A stretch of 64,000 nucleotides of DNA from Octopus vulgaris (GCA_951406725.2 OX597823.1:116622001-116686000); one strand, 5' to 3'; positions 27,209 to 40,660 are shown, numbered from the stretch's first letter. Made by a program: numbers and translations. The notes: generated from the sequence alone by a model not told the origin.

Positions 27209-28952
27209 ATGTCTGATCATACATAATGTTTTGTTAACAGATAAACAGTAGAACAGATTTTGGTTAGCACAAGAGAAGTACAAAGATAGCTGTTCATATT
27301 CTAAATAAGGTAAATAACTAGAAAATAAAAACTTAGTATAAACTTACAATATATGTCTTTAGCAATTTATCCACAAAGAAGATAATATATTTATTGACAA
27401 GTTAAATGAATGAATAGATTTCCCATTTAAAGATAAAGATAGCAATTATATATTTATCTCTGCCAACACTTTAACTTATTAGAGAAGATAAGGAGACAAA
27501 ATGAAATTCAATGTTATCCCAAAAGTTAACTCCAAGAAGCAACAAAAATATTTAATTTATTAATTTCTACTTAAACATTGTAAACCTAATTAAGTAATTA
27601 CAAAGTGCAAATACAAATTAAAGTAAAAAAAGAAAGTCATACAATATTTAAGCTTTTTTTTTAAACATTGCTGGAACAACCAAATAAGAATTTTTGGAAC
27701 AAAAGTCTTCAGTCGTAATTGATAACCATTGAGGAATTTGCTTCAAATATTGGCCATCGTGGCATTGTGGTTTGGAAGTTCATTTTGTAACCATGTTGTT
27801 CTGAGTTTGTGCTTCCACAGCCTTGGGTTAATCAATACTTTAGGAACTGAATATGGTAGACAGAAACTATTGTACATCATCATCATCATCACCACCACCA
27901 CCACCACCACCACCACCACCACCACCATCATCATCATTATTTAATGTCCTCCTTCTATGCTGGTATTGCATTTGCTCAAATTAACATGTGATGGCAAGTC
28001 AAAACAGTTCACCAAGCTCTGCTGTCTAACCTGGTATGGTTTCTAGGGCTGAATGCCCCTTCTAACACAAACCACTTCACAGTGCATGTCTGATCATACA
28101 TAATGTTTTGTTAACAGATAAACAGTAGAACAGATTTTGGTTAGCACAAGAGAAGTACAAAGATAGCTGTTCATATTCTAAATAAGGTAAATAACTAGAA
28201 AATAAAAACTTAGTATAAACTTACAATATATGTCTTTAGCAATTTATCCACAAAGAAGATAATATATTTATTGACAAGTTAAATGAATGAATAGATTTCC
28301 CATTTAAAGATAAAGATAGCAATTATATATTTATCTCTGCCAACACTTTAACTTATTAGAGGAGATAAGGAGACAAAATGAAATTCAATGTTATCCCAAA
28401 AGTTAACTCCAAGAAGCAACAAAAATATTTAATTTATTAATTTCTACTTAAACATTGTAAACCTAATTAAGTAATTACAAAGTGCAAATACAAATTAAAG
28501 TAAAAAAAGAAAGTCATACAATATTTAAGCTTTTTTTTTAAACATTGCTGGAACAACCAAATAAGAATTTTTGGAACAAAAGTCTTCAGTCGTAATTGAT
28601 AACCATTGAGGAATTTGCTTCAAATATTGGCCATCGTGGCATTGTGGTTTGGAAGTTCATTTTGTAACCATGTTGTTCTGAGTTTGTGCTTCCACAGCCT
28701 TGGGTTAATCAATACTTTAGGAACTGAATATGGTAGACAGAAACTATTGTACATCATCATCATCATCATCATCACCACCACCACCACCACCATCATCATC
28801 ATTATTTAATGTCCTCCTTCTATGCTGGTATTGCATTTGCTCAAATTAACATGAGATGGCAAGTCAAAACACTTCACCAAGCTCTGCTGTCTAACCTGGT
28901 ATGGTTTCTAGGGCTGAATGCCCCTTCTAACACAAACCACTTCACAGTGCAT
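27209..28952. repeat. Tandem duplication, 877-bp period
   Basis: ATGTCTGATCATACATAATG at 27209 and 28086; near-identical ORFs at 27729 and 28606. Confidence 0.95.
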
Positions 28953-29790
28953 ACTGGCTGTTTTTTTGTTTTTTTTTATATGGCAGCAACAACTGTGAGG
29001 TCACCAAGTAACTTGGGAGACAAGACCCCCACAATTGAGAAGGGATGGTAGTAAGTGGGGGGGGGGTGACTTTATGACAGGTGATCAGAAGTTAAAGTAT
29101 GAATAGAGGGACAGAAATAGATATTGTACAATATGGTTACACAGTTGGAGAGAGAATGGAGAGACAGACAGACAGACAGGCAGGCAGAGAGGAAAAGAGA
29201 GGAGATAAGACAGCTTGGGGATTGAATAGAGTGAGGAGATGGATAAGTTTATGAGGTTGCACAAGGAGAGTGAGAGGTGGTGAGGTGGGCAAAGACAGGG
29301 GAAAAGGGTCGTTATGAGGATATGTTGCGGAGAAGAGATTTGACAGGGACAGAGTGTACAGGTGAGTTTGCAAGGGAGATTGGAAGATGAAGGGTAGGGA
29401 ATACAGCAAGTTGTGAACAGAGGTGGGTGGATATGGCAGTGTCAGGAAAATTGGATGTAGGAGAGAGGATTGTCAAGGACATATCACTATCCTGGGAGCA
29501 TGAACATAAGAGCCACACCTTTTAGGCCTTCATTTTCTTAACTGGTCAGATCTTCTCGAGCACAGCAAACTCCTGACTGCTTCTGTCATTTGTCATTTCT
29601 TGTGTGAGGCTCAACATATGAAGATCCTTTTCCACCTCTTCGTCCCACATCATCCTGGCTCTTCCTCATCCACAGGTCTCTGCCACATTTAGAGATCAGT
29701 ACTTCATGTAGCTGTCTTCAGTCATCTGCATCGCACGACCATACTAGTGCAGTCTTCCCTCTTGCACGCTAAATCTGATGTTTCTTATAA
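28790..29790 (-). mobile_element. Decayed RTE LINE 3' end
   Basis: Minus-strand RNIRFSVQEGRLH*YGRAMQMTED...GRARMMWDEEVEKDLHMLSLTQEMTND (29560-29785), then UTR and (GAT)n tail. Confidence 0.75.
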
Positions 29791-30725
29791 TAACAACAGC
29801 AACAACTTTACCATTCTAGGTGATCTATTAAATAATTAAGGGGGTGGGCCATATACTTGTTTGTAATAAACATCAGAATGTCTAATCAGAAACAGAGAAT
29901 GCAGTGAGGAGATTGTTAGCTTCAATGACTAATATTATATTAATCCTTTCAGCAACTACAAGAGATGACTCTCAGCATGTTTCTGTCATATTGGACCTTT
30001 TCAGTGAAGCATATACTTTACCATACATGTCAAAATGGTGATAAGAGAATCACTAAGTAGAATAACTGTAACACTACTCAAAAAGTCAGGGAAAAAATAA
30101 TATAGGGAAAACAAGGCACAGAGATAAATCATTCACATAAATGTATTAGTGTCATTTTAGAGTCCACCACTTCCTAGTTCTTTTTTGGTTTTGGTATCTT
30201 TTTTTGTTTCTGACCTTCATCACATTAGACTGTAACTAACTTTAATACTTCAATCCTTAGAAAACCACTTGACAAGTTATGAGACTAGGAGGGAGCCACT
30301 TACGTGGTTGTTAAACCAATCAGAAATAATGACCAAATCTCAGATCACAATTGCCCTCTTTGAAAAAGGACACAGTTGACGAAATAGCATAAAAAATAAA
30401 ATATACAAAAAAAATAGAGGCTCAGTTGGTCATGGTTGCATGGTTCTGAACATAAGTTTGCTTTTAAGTTTGGCCTAGCATTGAGCAACAACTACAAATA
30501 TTAAAATGAAAAATATAGTAGGATATGGTAGCTGCTGAGTTCCTTACTGCAAAACCTCTAGAAAAACAACAAAGCAACAATTCCAGTGAAAAGACACACA
30601 AGCTACTGGGTAAATAGTCTGTTGGTGCTGTGAAATTTATGTGATGAATAGAAAAGGTAAACTAAGGTAAAAACGGAATAGAAACCTTTCCGCAGGAATA
30701 GCTTTTAATGTTTTTCTTCAGCACA

Positions 30726-30789
30726 TTTGTCAATAACAACACCAATCAGCCCATATGATCATAAGGGGCTGATTGGTGTTATTGATAAA
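30726..30789. other. 64-bp near-perfect hairpin
   Basis: TTTGTCAATAAC(AAC)ACCAATCAGCCC-ATATGATCATAAG-GGGCTGATTGGTGTTATTGATAAA. Confidence 0.85.
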
Positions 30790-30819
30790 CTCGGGGTTGT
30801 AAATGTGGAATTATCTTTA

Positions 30820-31233
30820 TTACTCTTTACTCTTTTACTTCTTTCAGTCATTTGACTGCGGCCATGCTGGAGCACCGCCTTTAGTCAAGCAAATCAACCC
30901 CAGGACTTATTCTTTGTAAGTCTAGTACTTATTTTATCGGTCTCTTTTGCTGAACTGCAAAGTTACAGGGACATAAACACACCAGCATCGGTTGTCAAGC
31001 GATGTTGGGGGGGGGGAAACACAGACACACAAACATATACACAAAAATACACATATATATATACATATACACGACGGGCTTCTTTCAGTTTCCATCTACC
31101 AAATCCACTCACAAGGCTTTGGTCAGCCCAAGGCTATAGTAGAATACATTTGCCCAAGGTGCCACGCAGTGGGACTGAACCCAGAACCATGTGGTTGGCA
31201 AGCAAGCTACTTACCACACAGCCACTCATACGT
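30820..31233 (-). mobile_element. SINE family B, full length
   Basis: Matches the family B consensus. Confidence 0.9.
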
Positions 31234-31236
31234 CTA

Positions 31237-32302
31237 TTATTGCTCAGAAATACTAAATATGTAGTTCTTTGTTCAATTCTTCACTCCAGAGAGATTTATA
31301 TTTAGCATTTCTTCTAAGATACACCAAATAGAATATGCTAATTCAGAGGTTTACAGAATTTGTGTCCTCCAAGACCTGTATTATGTATTTCTTTGGCAGA
31401 TTTCCTAAGCACTGGAGAACTGTACTAAGTGATGTTACCTTGTAAAAAGGTTCTACTATTTTGATATGTGTTTGTGGTTTTGTTGATCCAACATGTTTCT
31501 ATGTTGACAAGATAATCTGTAAGCAATATTGGTTGTTAGTCCCAGTGGTCAGTCACTTACTGGTGATTCCTTCTCTGACTTGATTGGACAGTGGCTAATG
31601 TGGCAAATCCCTTGCTGGTTCTTGTACTGGCCAAAGGACAGATGTTGTCATGGACTTGTTATTCTGACAAGGAGATCAGATCTATTTTCATAGCATCTTA
31701 ATCTATTTTCCGTCTCCTACCTCCTGCTATACCAAGTTGGCATAAATCCATTTTGGTCATTCTTTTCATTTTTGTGTCTCTTTTCTCTGTCATTATTTTT
31801 GCTGCTATCCACCTGGATGGTACCAGTACCTGATGCTCTGTGTCTCTGTTTTTCCCCAACAACCATGCTGTGGCACCCCCACCACCACCACTTCATTGCC
31901 TGTAACCTTTTATGGATGGCATTTCTTTGACAAATTTCTGTCCAGAGATTGCCTGCACAGTCTTGCCAAACCTGATCATATGAAAGATAGTTCTTCATTG
32001 CTATGTAGGGCTTCAATCTTCGTAGGTATACAGAATCTGGAAGAATTAAATTGCTCTTGGAGAAAGATAATCTTCACTTCTTTTTCCTGGAACTGAATTT
32101 GGATCTACCCCGAAGGAAATACATGGTAAAGAAAGAAGCTTTAGAGAGCCCTCTATTTTTGGATATTCAATATACCTTTATTGCTCAGAAATACTAAATA
32201 TGGATTTCTTTGTTCAATTCTTCACTCCAGAGAGATATATATTTAGCATTTCTTCTAAGATTCACCAAATAGAATATGCTAATTCAGAGGTTTACAAAAT
32301 TT
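31237..32302. repeat. Pair of ~125-bp direct repeats (31237-31361, 32178-32302)
   Basis: TTATTGCTCAGAAATACTAAATATG...GCTAATTCAGAGGTTTACA present twice with few mismatches. Confidence 0.9.
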
Positions 32303-32962
32303 TTTTTTTTGAATGCCTTGAAGATTTCTGATTTTTTTTATGGCTTCACATTTGGTACAATGCGTTGTGCCATTTCAGATGCATCACCCTGCATTGCAGA
32401 TTATCCAGTGTTAGAGTCAACAGGATCTTGCTAAATGTAGACCTCACTGGGAAACCAATGGATTGCTGACAAGTGGTGTTTCCATGTATAAGGAACATGT
32501 TGGCAGTGGAGAACTCCAGAAGCAAGCTGAGACTTGTTTTGAGTCGATGCCAAGTTTGTGTCGTCTCTCCAGAGATTGTGAAGACAGTTAAACTGACTTT
32601 TTGGCTTTTGCTTGTCATATGCAAACTACTACATTGTTTCCATGATGAAATGTCAAAGCAACGTCTGAACATAATTCCATTATAGATTCTGTTTTTATCA
32701 AAGACTTAGTGACTTGCCGTAAGTGAAGGAGAGGGGGAGGCTGTTGTATTCAAACAAATATAACCTGAATATTGAGAATTAAAAGTTGAACAGAATATAA
32801 CATTAGTTTTGAATGTTCACATATGTATTGAGAAGTGTGATATGATAAATGAGACACTTTAAAATTTCCTACACTATGTATTATTGGTGGATATCTAATA
32901 TAGCCTGATTTATTTCATGGTCCTCTGAATGTTCTTGGTATTTCTGTTTGTCTGTCTATCAG

Positions 32963-33024
<62 letters not shown>

Positions 33025-33388
33025 CAGCACGATGCCAGACTAGCTGCTACTTCACCGGAGAGATTGCTCGACTGTAACAAATTTATGTGCATCAAAAATG
33101 GCCGTGCAACAACTTTTCACTGTGATCTTGTCACTCCTCCTGCACACAACATATATCAACTTATTTATTTTCAAACATATTTACAACATAAACCCCCCCA
33201 CACACACACACACACACGCACTTCTCAAACTAACTATATTTCTATGAAAAGTACTGCAAACAATTTTATGAAAGGACACATGGGAGGATAGTTTAATAAC
33301 AGTTGAGTTTTGTTTACAATAAACATCATTCTTATGTCGTCCAAAACTATTACAAGAGACCTTAGCATAACATTTGGTAACCTAACAG

Positions 33389-33590
33389 TTGGTGGTAGTG
33401 GTGGCGGTGGTGGTACTGGTGGTGGTACTGGTAGTGGTTGTGGTGATGGTGCTGGTGGTAGTACTGGTGGTGGTGCTGGTGGTGGTGATACATGTGGTAC
33501 TGGTGGTGGTACTTGTGGTAGTGGTGGTACTGGTGGTGGTGGTGATGGTGGTGGTGGTGGTGGTGGTGGTGCAGGTGTTAGTACTCCTGG
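33389..33590. repeat. Degenerate (GGT)n microsatellite
   Basis: Direct reading. Confidence 0.9.
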
Positions 33591-33624
33591 TGAAGCTTGC
33601 TTGAGTATACCAATGGTCTAGAGA

Positions 33625-33844
33625 TATTTTTATCTTTCATCTTTTATCTGTTTCAGTCATTGGACCGCGTCCATGCTGGGGCACCACCTTGAAGGGTTTC
33701 AGTCAAATTAATTGATCCCGGGACTTATTTCTTAAAGTCTAGTCCTTATTCTATCAACCTCTTTGTTGAACTGCTAAGTTATGAGGACATAGACACACCA
33801 GCACTGGTTTTCAAGCAGTGATGGGGGAAAAACACAGGCACAAA

Positions 33845-33881
<37 letters not shown>

Positions 33882-34110
33882 GCACATATGTGTGTGTGTG
33901 TGTGTGTTTGCATGTGTGTGCATGCGTGTGTGTGTGTACATATGATGGACATCTTTCAGTTTCTATCAACCAAATCCTCTCCCAAGGCTTTGGTCCACCT
34001 GAGGCTACAGTAGAAGGCATTTATTTGTCCAAGGTGTCACATAGTGAGACTGAACCTGAAACCCTATGGTTGGGAAGCAAGCTTTTTACCACACAGCTAC
34101 ACCTGCGCCT
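33625..34110 (-). mobile_element. SINE family B
   Basis: Matches the family B consensus with a central (CA)/(TG) tract. Confidence 0.85.
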
Positions 34111-34524
34111 ATGAGGAAGATTTCTAGTCTCGCCTTTAAGATATTAAAATTTACTCTGCTCTCAAATGATGTTGTCAAGCAAATGGTATATGGGAACCAG
34201 AGATGCACACACACACACACATAAGCATGAATATACACACACAAAACACGCACACGCACACACACACAACGCATACCCAAGTTCTCTGCAAGTTCAAAGG
34301 CATGGACATCCATTTTGATCTTCCTTTTCCACTCCTTACGTATTCATTGGTTTTAAGTCTGTCCAATCCTTCATCCATCTGGGTAATTCTTGTTCCTTTT
34401 TCTTCCTCTCTTCCCATTCACTTTACCTTCTTTTAACCATCTCTGGAAAACACTTTCTCTAATAATGAACCCCAAAGGTTTTACTTTATTCTCCTTGATG
34501 CTGTTATATATATATATATGTATA

Positions 34525-34587
<63 letters not shown>

Positions 34588-34628
34588 ATATATGTATGTA
34601 TGTATATATATGTGTGTGTGTATGTATG

Positions 34629-34673
<45 letters not shown>

Positions 34674-34809
34674 ATATGTATATATATATATGTGTGTATG
34701 TATGTATATATATATATATATATATATATGAATTAATATAAGCAGCTAGGTGCAATTCATATATATATTTATATATGTAGATATATATAAATTAATATAG
34801 ATAGCTAGA

Positions 34810-35925
34810 AGGCTGTGAGCTGGCAGACACATTTGCATGCTGGGTGAAATGCTTAGCGGTATTTCATCTGTCTTTACATTCTGAGTTCAAATTCCGCCAA
34901 GGTCAACTTTGTCTTTCATCCTTTTGGGATCGATAAATTAAGCACCAGTTGTGTACTGGGGTCGATCTAATTGACTGGCCCCATGTAATCGACTTAGCCA
35001 TTACCCTGCTGGCCTTGTGCCAAAATTTGAAATCAATATTTTAATATGGCTTAAGGTGGCAAGCTGGCAGAATCTTCATCACATCAGGCAAAACACCTAG
35101 TGGCTTTTCGTCCCTCTTCACATTCTGAGTTCAAATTCACCCTAGGTCAACTTTGCTTTTCATTTAACACCAGGGTCAATGTTATCGAACTTGTGCTAAA
35201 AATTTGAAATCCCTATTTTAATACGGTTCCAATTCTTAGACCAAGCAGTGTGTTGTGTTTTGGGGCAAAACATTTCATTTCCCATTACTCCAATCCACTA
35301 TATATATATATATGTCCATCATCCCTTCAGCTTCAATAATATAAAGTACTAATGAAGTATTGCTTTTGACAGTCTCAAGTAATCCCCACCTCAAATGGTT
35401 GGCCTTGTGCTTGTGGTAGAAGGAATTATTTCTATTGTAGTTGGTACACAAGGCAAAATACTTAGCAGCATTTTGTTTGTCCTCACACTCTGAGTTGAAA
35501 TTCTATTGAAGTTGACTTTGTCTTTCATCCTTTTGGAGTCTATGAAATAAATACCTGTTCATTGCTGGGGTAAGGGGTCAATGTAATCACCTGCCCACAA
35601 ATTTCAAGCCTTCTTCGTACAGGACATATGATGGATAAAATATTATCAAGTATTTTGCCTGGCGTCCTAACAATTCTGCTAGCTTTCCACCAGAGGATAG
35701 TAGTAATACTGATTTCAAATTTTGCCACAAGGGCAGCAATTTTGGGGGAGGGGATGACTCAATTACATCGACCCCAGTATTCAACTAGTGCTTATTTTAT
35801 CGGCCCCAAGAGAATGAAAAGCAAAGCTGACCTCAGCAGAATTTGAACTCAGAATGTAAAGACAGACAAAATATTGCTAGGCATTTTGCCTGGCATGCCA
35901 AGGATTCTGCCAGCTCACTACCTTA
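34810..35925. mobile_element. Cluster of older family-A SINEs (three plus, at least one minus)
   Basis: Repeated TTCTGAGTTCAAATT...TTTCATCC bodies with GGCCTTGTGCCAAAATTTGAAA tails. Confidence 0.75.
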
Positions 35926-36224
35926 GGATAACAGTAATATTAATCATTATGGATACCCCAAAAACAATTCAAAGGGAAGAGGGTCTATTTAGCCTTGGCT
36001 GGCAACCCGGTAGTGATGATGTCCTGATAAAAACACTGATGGTTGTGACACCTCACCAACACAGTTCTCTTTATGATTGTAATGCTAAATAAAAACCATC
36101 ATATCTGTGTTCTTGAGACCCAAACTCTAAAGGGGTCTTCCGTGGCGAGTGTTTCACTGAGCAGCAGTGTGGGCCTAGTCATTACCCAAATACTGCTACA
36201 AAGATTACTAGAAAGTATCATTAA

Positions 36225-36650
36225 AGCTCAGGAAAAATGCTTAGCGGTATTTTTTCTGGTGAGCTGGCAGAAACGTTAGCACGCCTGGTGAAATGCGTAG
36301 CCATATTTCATCTGTCATTACGTTCTGAGTTCAAATTCCGCCAAGGTCAACTTTGCCTTTCATCCTTTCAGAGTCGATAAATTAAGTATCAGTTACGCAC
36401 TGCGGTCGATGTAATTGACTTAATCCCTTTGACTGTCCTTGTTTGTCCCCTCTGTGTTTAGCCCCTTGTGGGTAGTAAAGAAATACGTATTTTGTCTGAC
36501 TTTATGTTCTGCTTTCAAATTCCGTCAAGGTTGCCTCTGCCTTTCACCCTTTCAGGATCGATAAAATAGGTACCAATTGAGCACTGGGATCAATGTTATC
36601 GACTTATCCCCTCTCCTGAAATTGCTGGCCCAGTGCCAAAATTTGAGATC
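36225..36650 (+). mobile_element. Young family-A SINE inserted into an old family-A SINE
   Basis: Old head AAATGCTTAGCGGTATTTT, then a full young copy, then CGTATTTTGTCTG and the old body. Confidence 0.75.
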
Positions 36651-37810
36651 ATTATTATTATTATTTTTGTTTGGCTCAGGTTTGGTCTTATTCCTGATAA
36701 GTTTTTGTGGGTAGTGGGTTACTACCTGTAACCTTAGGTATCCACAAGTTTTCAACAGTCTTTCAAGTGCATAGAACCCTTCTGATAATTCTTGCTGTCC
36801 CTAAGAGACAAACTTTCTGTAGGGTCTCTACCGAGCATTCTATTTCAATCTCCTTCAGCCATTTGTCTATCTCTTGGCTTACTGTTCCCAGTACACCAAC
36901 TATTATAGGCACAACCTTTACTGTTCTATATTTAAGAGATGAGGAATTATGTACATTATTTACATTTGATGGATATTTGACATCATCTTGTTTGTTGATG
37001 AAAGCTGGAGGATATATCAGCCGAAACATTGTGTTAACAACAACTAGATGAGGACAAATATCCGTCAAATGTAAATAATGTAAATAACGTATATGACCCT
37101 TACTGTTTGCTTGCTCCAAATTCTTCTTGTTTCAGATTTTAAGGGATTGTATTTTCTTTATTTTTCTTCCTCTTTCTTTACAATCCTGGAATCAAACAGG
37201 CATGATGTTCAATAAGTAAGCGGCTTCACTTTTCCTTCTCTATAATCGTTACATCTGCTCTATTATTTTCCAACTTCTTGTCCATTTGAATAGGAAAGTC
37301 CCACAAAATCTTACATTTCTCCGACTCCAGGACTCTTTTGACTCAATGATTCTACCATGTGTTTCCAGCTTCAAATCCCCATTTCTGGCACAGTTTCCAA
37401 TGTAAAACTTTTACAACCTCCATTTCTTATATTCTTTCTGTGCCAACTTGGAGCATCCTGTCACAATGTGTGCCACTGTCTCATTCCAGCTTTCACAGGC
37501 TCTACACTTTTCTCAACCAGTCTCTCCATAAGGATTTTTTCTCAGGTTGTTCATTTTTATTGCTTGATTTTGAGCTGCAACAATTAATTACCCCCTTTTT
37601 TAACCAAGCCCAGGAATTTGCTCCCCATATGTCTTCAGTGACTCTCCAAAACTGGCCATGCAGAGGCTGCTCTTTCATCCATCTGATGATCTGCTCTCTT
37701 TCTATTTCATTCTTGTCCTTTTCTCCCGTTACATGCCTCTTCACCTCTTCTTTATTAACTGTCTTCAGTAGATTTTCTATGACACTCTGTAAATACTTGA
37801 CTGGACATTT
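36650..37810 (-). mobile_element. R4/Dong-like non-LTR retrotransposon 3' part (CCHC knuckle and restriction-like endonuclease), decayed
   Basis: QPLHGQFWR, SWAWLKKG, CRACESWNETVAHIVTGCSKLAQKEYK, KILWDFPIQMDKKLENNRADVTI, VVPIIVGVLGTV...LQKVCLLGTARIIRRVL; (TAA)n tail. Confidence 0.85.
36932..37087 (+). mobile_element. Palindromic Penelope-like insert with hammerhead remnant, inside the R4-like ORF
   Basis: Arms 36947-36997 and 37038-37087; centre TTGATGA-A-AGCTG-GAGGATATAT-CAGCC-GAAAC-ATTGT-GTT. Confidence 0.7.
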
Positions 37811-37811
37811 T

Positions 37812-37962
37812 CCTTCTTCTTCTTCTTCTTCTTCTTCTTCTTCTTCTTCTTCTTCTTCTTCTTCTTCTTCTTCTTCTTCTTCTTCTTCTTCTTCTTCTTC
37901 TTCTTCTTCTTCTTCTTCTTCTTCTTCTTCTTCTTCTATTTCCTCTTCTTCTTCTTCTTCTT
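37812..37962. repeat. (TTC)n microsatellite
   Basis: Direct reading; source of the poly-E and poly-S ORFs. Confidence 0.95.
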
Positions 37963-38424
37963 CTCTCAGATTCTGTTGTAACACCTGGTGCCTTTCATGC
38001 ATTGCAGGCTTGCTGCCCACAGCCTACGGTACTATGCTATCTGTTCTTTTCAACTATCTTATTATCATTATTGAGTGAGAGAGAGCAGTTGCATGTCATC
38101 AAAGTGACACTGGGGTAAAATGTACGAAGCCCAGTATACCCATCATGACTCCCCGTCTGATAAGGGCACACCAGGCACATGCATCACAACCAAATGTACA
38201 TGATATGGGGATCTCATATCAAGATAGACAGTGCCTGACCTTGCAGATGGGGCTCAGTTAGAATTTTCTTCAGGTTGAATACTCTATCCTACTCAAAAGG
38301 TCACTGAATAAGGGTCATTTAAGGATGTTGAACAAAGCACCCATGTTTCCAGAGGTGAATTATCCAAACCCCAAAGAATTCCTCTCAACATATGGCTATG
38401 ATGCTCCTACTACTTCATCATCAT

Positions 38425-38851
38425 TATTATTATTAATATTTTTTTACTTTTAATCTTCATTTTGTTACAGTTACTTGCTGAGACACACCCAGTGTCCTGG
38501 GGCAAGTGAAGGATAAGTGATGTTATAGTATGACTGAAAGATTGGAGGAAGTGGGTAATTGGCTGGAGGAGTAGCAAAATATCTTCATGTAATACAACAC
38601 AGACATTTAAATGGATAGGGTTTTTCTAAGGACTTGGGCATTACTTGTGAATACAATCTTTTGGATTTCTCTGAGACATGGTTCTCCTGGGATCTTTTCT
38701 AGATGTTTCTGACATCCCTTTTTTATCATACTTAGGGCACCTACAATAACAGGAACAGTTCTTCTTTTAAGATGCCACATCTTTTGTATTTCAATTTCCA
38801 GGTCCTTATATTTACTTAGTTTGTCAAATTCCTTTACAGATATATTAACAG
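38425..38851 (-). mobile_element. R4/Dong-like 3' fragment, second subfamily
   Basis: NISVKEFDKLSKYKDLEIEIQKMWHLKRRTVPVIVGALSMI...LRKTLSI*, UTR, TAA-type tail. Confidence 0.85.
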
Positions 38852-38852
38852 A

Positions 38853-38897
<45 letters not shown>

Positions 38898-39362
38898 GCT
38901 TGATTTTTGTTTTGTATTTGTACAAGTTGGCTCCAAGTCTCAACCAGATACCTCAACAGACAACAAGTTAGAAGTTCAAGTTTGTATTATGCCTAGGGTG
39001 TCATATATTTCGTTTTGCTCATAGTGTTGTTCTAGAAAATGCTTAAGAAAACATAAGAAAATTATGAGAGTGTTTTAAAATTTGGGATTACATAGACAGT
39101 ATTTTACATAGGATATGGGCAATTCCCATGATCACTATCTTTTGAATTTCTGCCATTCTGGGGGTTTCCTGGTATCTGAGCTAGGTAGGAATCAGCCCCT
39201 TTGGCTATCATTCCTAGGAGCACCTATGACAACAGGTATAGTTTTAGTCTTGAGATTTCACATTTTGCCAATTTCTATTTCAAGATCGTTATAATTGCTC
39301 AGTTTTTGGTAGGTCTTCACAGATACATTTATGTTGACTGGCACAGTCATCAATGAACAGGT
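38852..39362 (-). mobile_element. R4/Dong-like 3' fragment, third subfamily, with (TAA)n tail
   Basis: CSLMTVPVNINVSVKTYQKLSNYNDLEIEIGKM*NLKTKTIPVVIGA; bounded by (ATT)n at 38852 and 39378. Confidence 0.8.
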
Positions 39363-39373
39363 TATTATAACCG

Positions 39374-39431
<58 letters not shown>

Positions 39432-39819
39432 TACTACTACTACTACTACTACTACTACAGTAAATTGTGAACTAATCATAATTTGCTCAGCTAATTAAAT
39501 ATTTCGTTATAAACATTTCCCACTGTTTTGCCACTGTTGTATCAGTGCAATGATTGGTTGTTGTTGTAGTTGTTTATTGATTTCTATGAAAGATGTGTGA
39601 AGTGATAGCCAAAATCTAATCATTCTTTCCCTTCAGTACTTCCATACTTTGCTAATCAGTTGTCAAAGTTATTTACATATTCTTTTCTTAGTGTTTGTGC
39701 GAGTTAAACATTGTTCCATAAAATGTATAAAAGGGAGAAGCAATATTTGTTTCTTGTTGCTACTTATATAAATATACATACATACATACACACATGCACA
39801 CACACACACATATATATAC

Positions 39820-39885
<66 letters not shown>

Positions 39886-40381
39886 ATATATACACACACA
39901 CACACACACATATATATGTATATATATATATATGCACATGTGTGTGTGTTTGAAGAAATCTATAGAAGTAGAGTTCAAATTCTGCTGAGGTTGACTTTGT
40001 CTTTCATCTTTCCAGAATCAATAAAACAAGTACCAGATGGACACTGGGGTTGATGTTATCAGTATGTCCGTTCCCCAAACTTTGCTGGCCTTGTGCCAAG
40101 ATTTGAAACTAGTTTTACATTTCCAGCAGAGCATATTTCCTTTATTTCTTTTTTCACCTCTACAAAACCTCCTCATTCAAATCCCATTTTTCGTTGACCA
40201 CAGAAATTCAAGAATAAATATCATCCAAACTTATGTTTATGTGACTGATATGGCTGAACGTCTGTCATCTGACACCTATTGGGAAAATAGAACAAACCAA
40301 TGAGAGAGACTCAATACAGTCACATGACCAGGCTAAATATAACAGTTATATCTTTTAAAAGGCTCACCCTACAGTCTTTAA

Positions 40382-40623
40382 CCAGTTAGCATTTGGATTA
40401 CTCTGTCAAATGTAATACTTTTTTACATTGTATTGATTTAAAGACCCTTTTCGGTCGTGAATGGCCATGGGATTGCACCTACAAAGTTCCCCTCCAAGGC
40501 ACAAGACCAGGCAAAGTTGTTTTATGGAAGACCAGCAGTTTACCATGCATACCAGCCTCCCTGCTCCACATCATTGATGTTATCCAAGGGAAAGGCAGTG
40601 ACCGATACAGATTGGCACCAGTG

Positions 40624-40660
<37 letters not shown>

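Noticed and set aside
37502-38020. Poly-Glu protein
   Set aside because: (TTC)n tract fused to a decayed R4-like retrotransposon ORF
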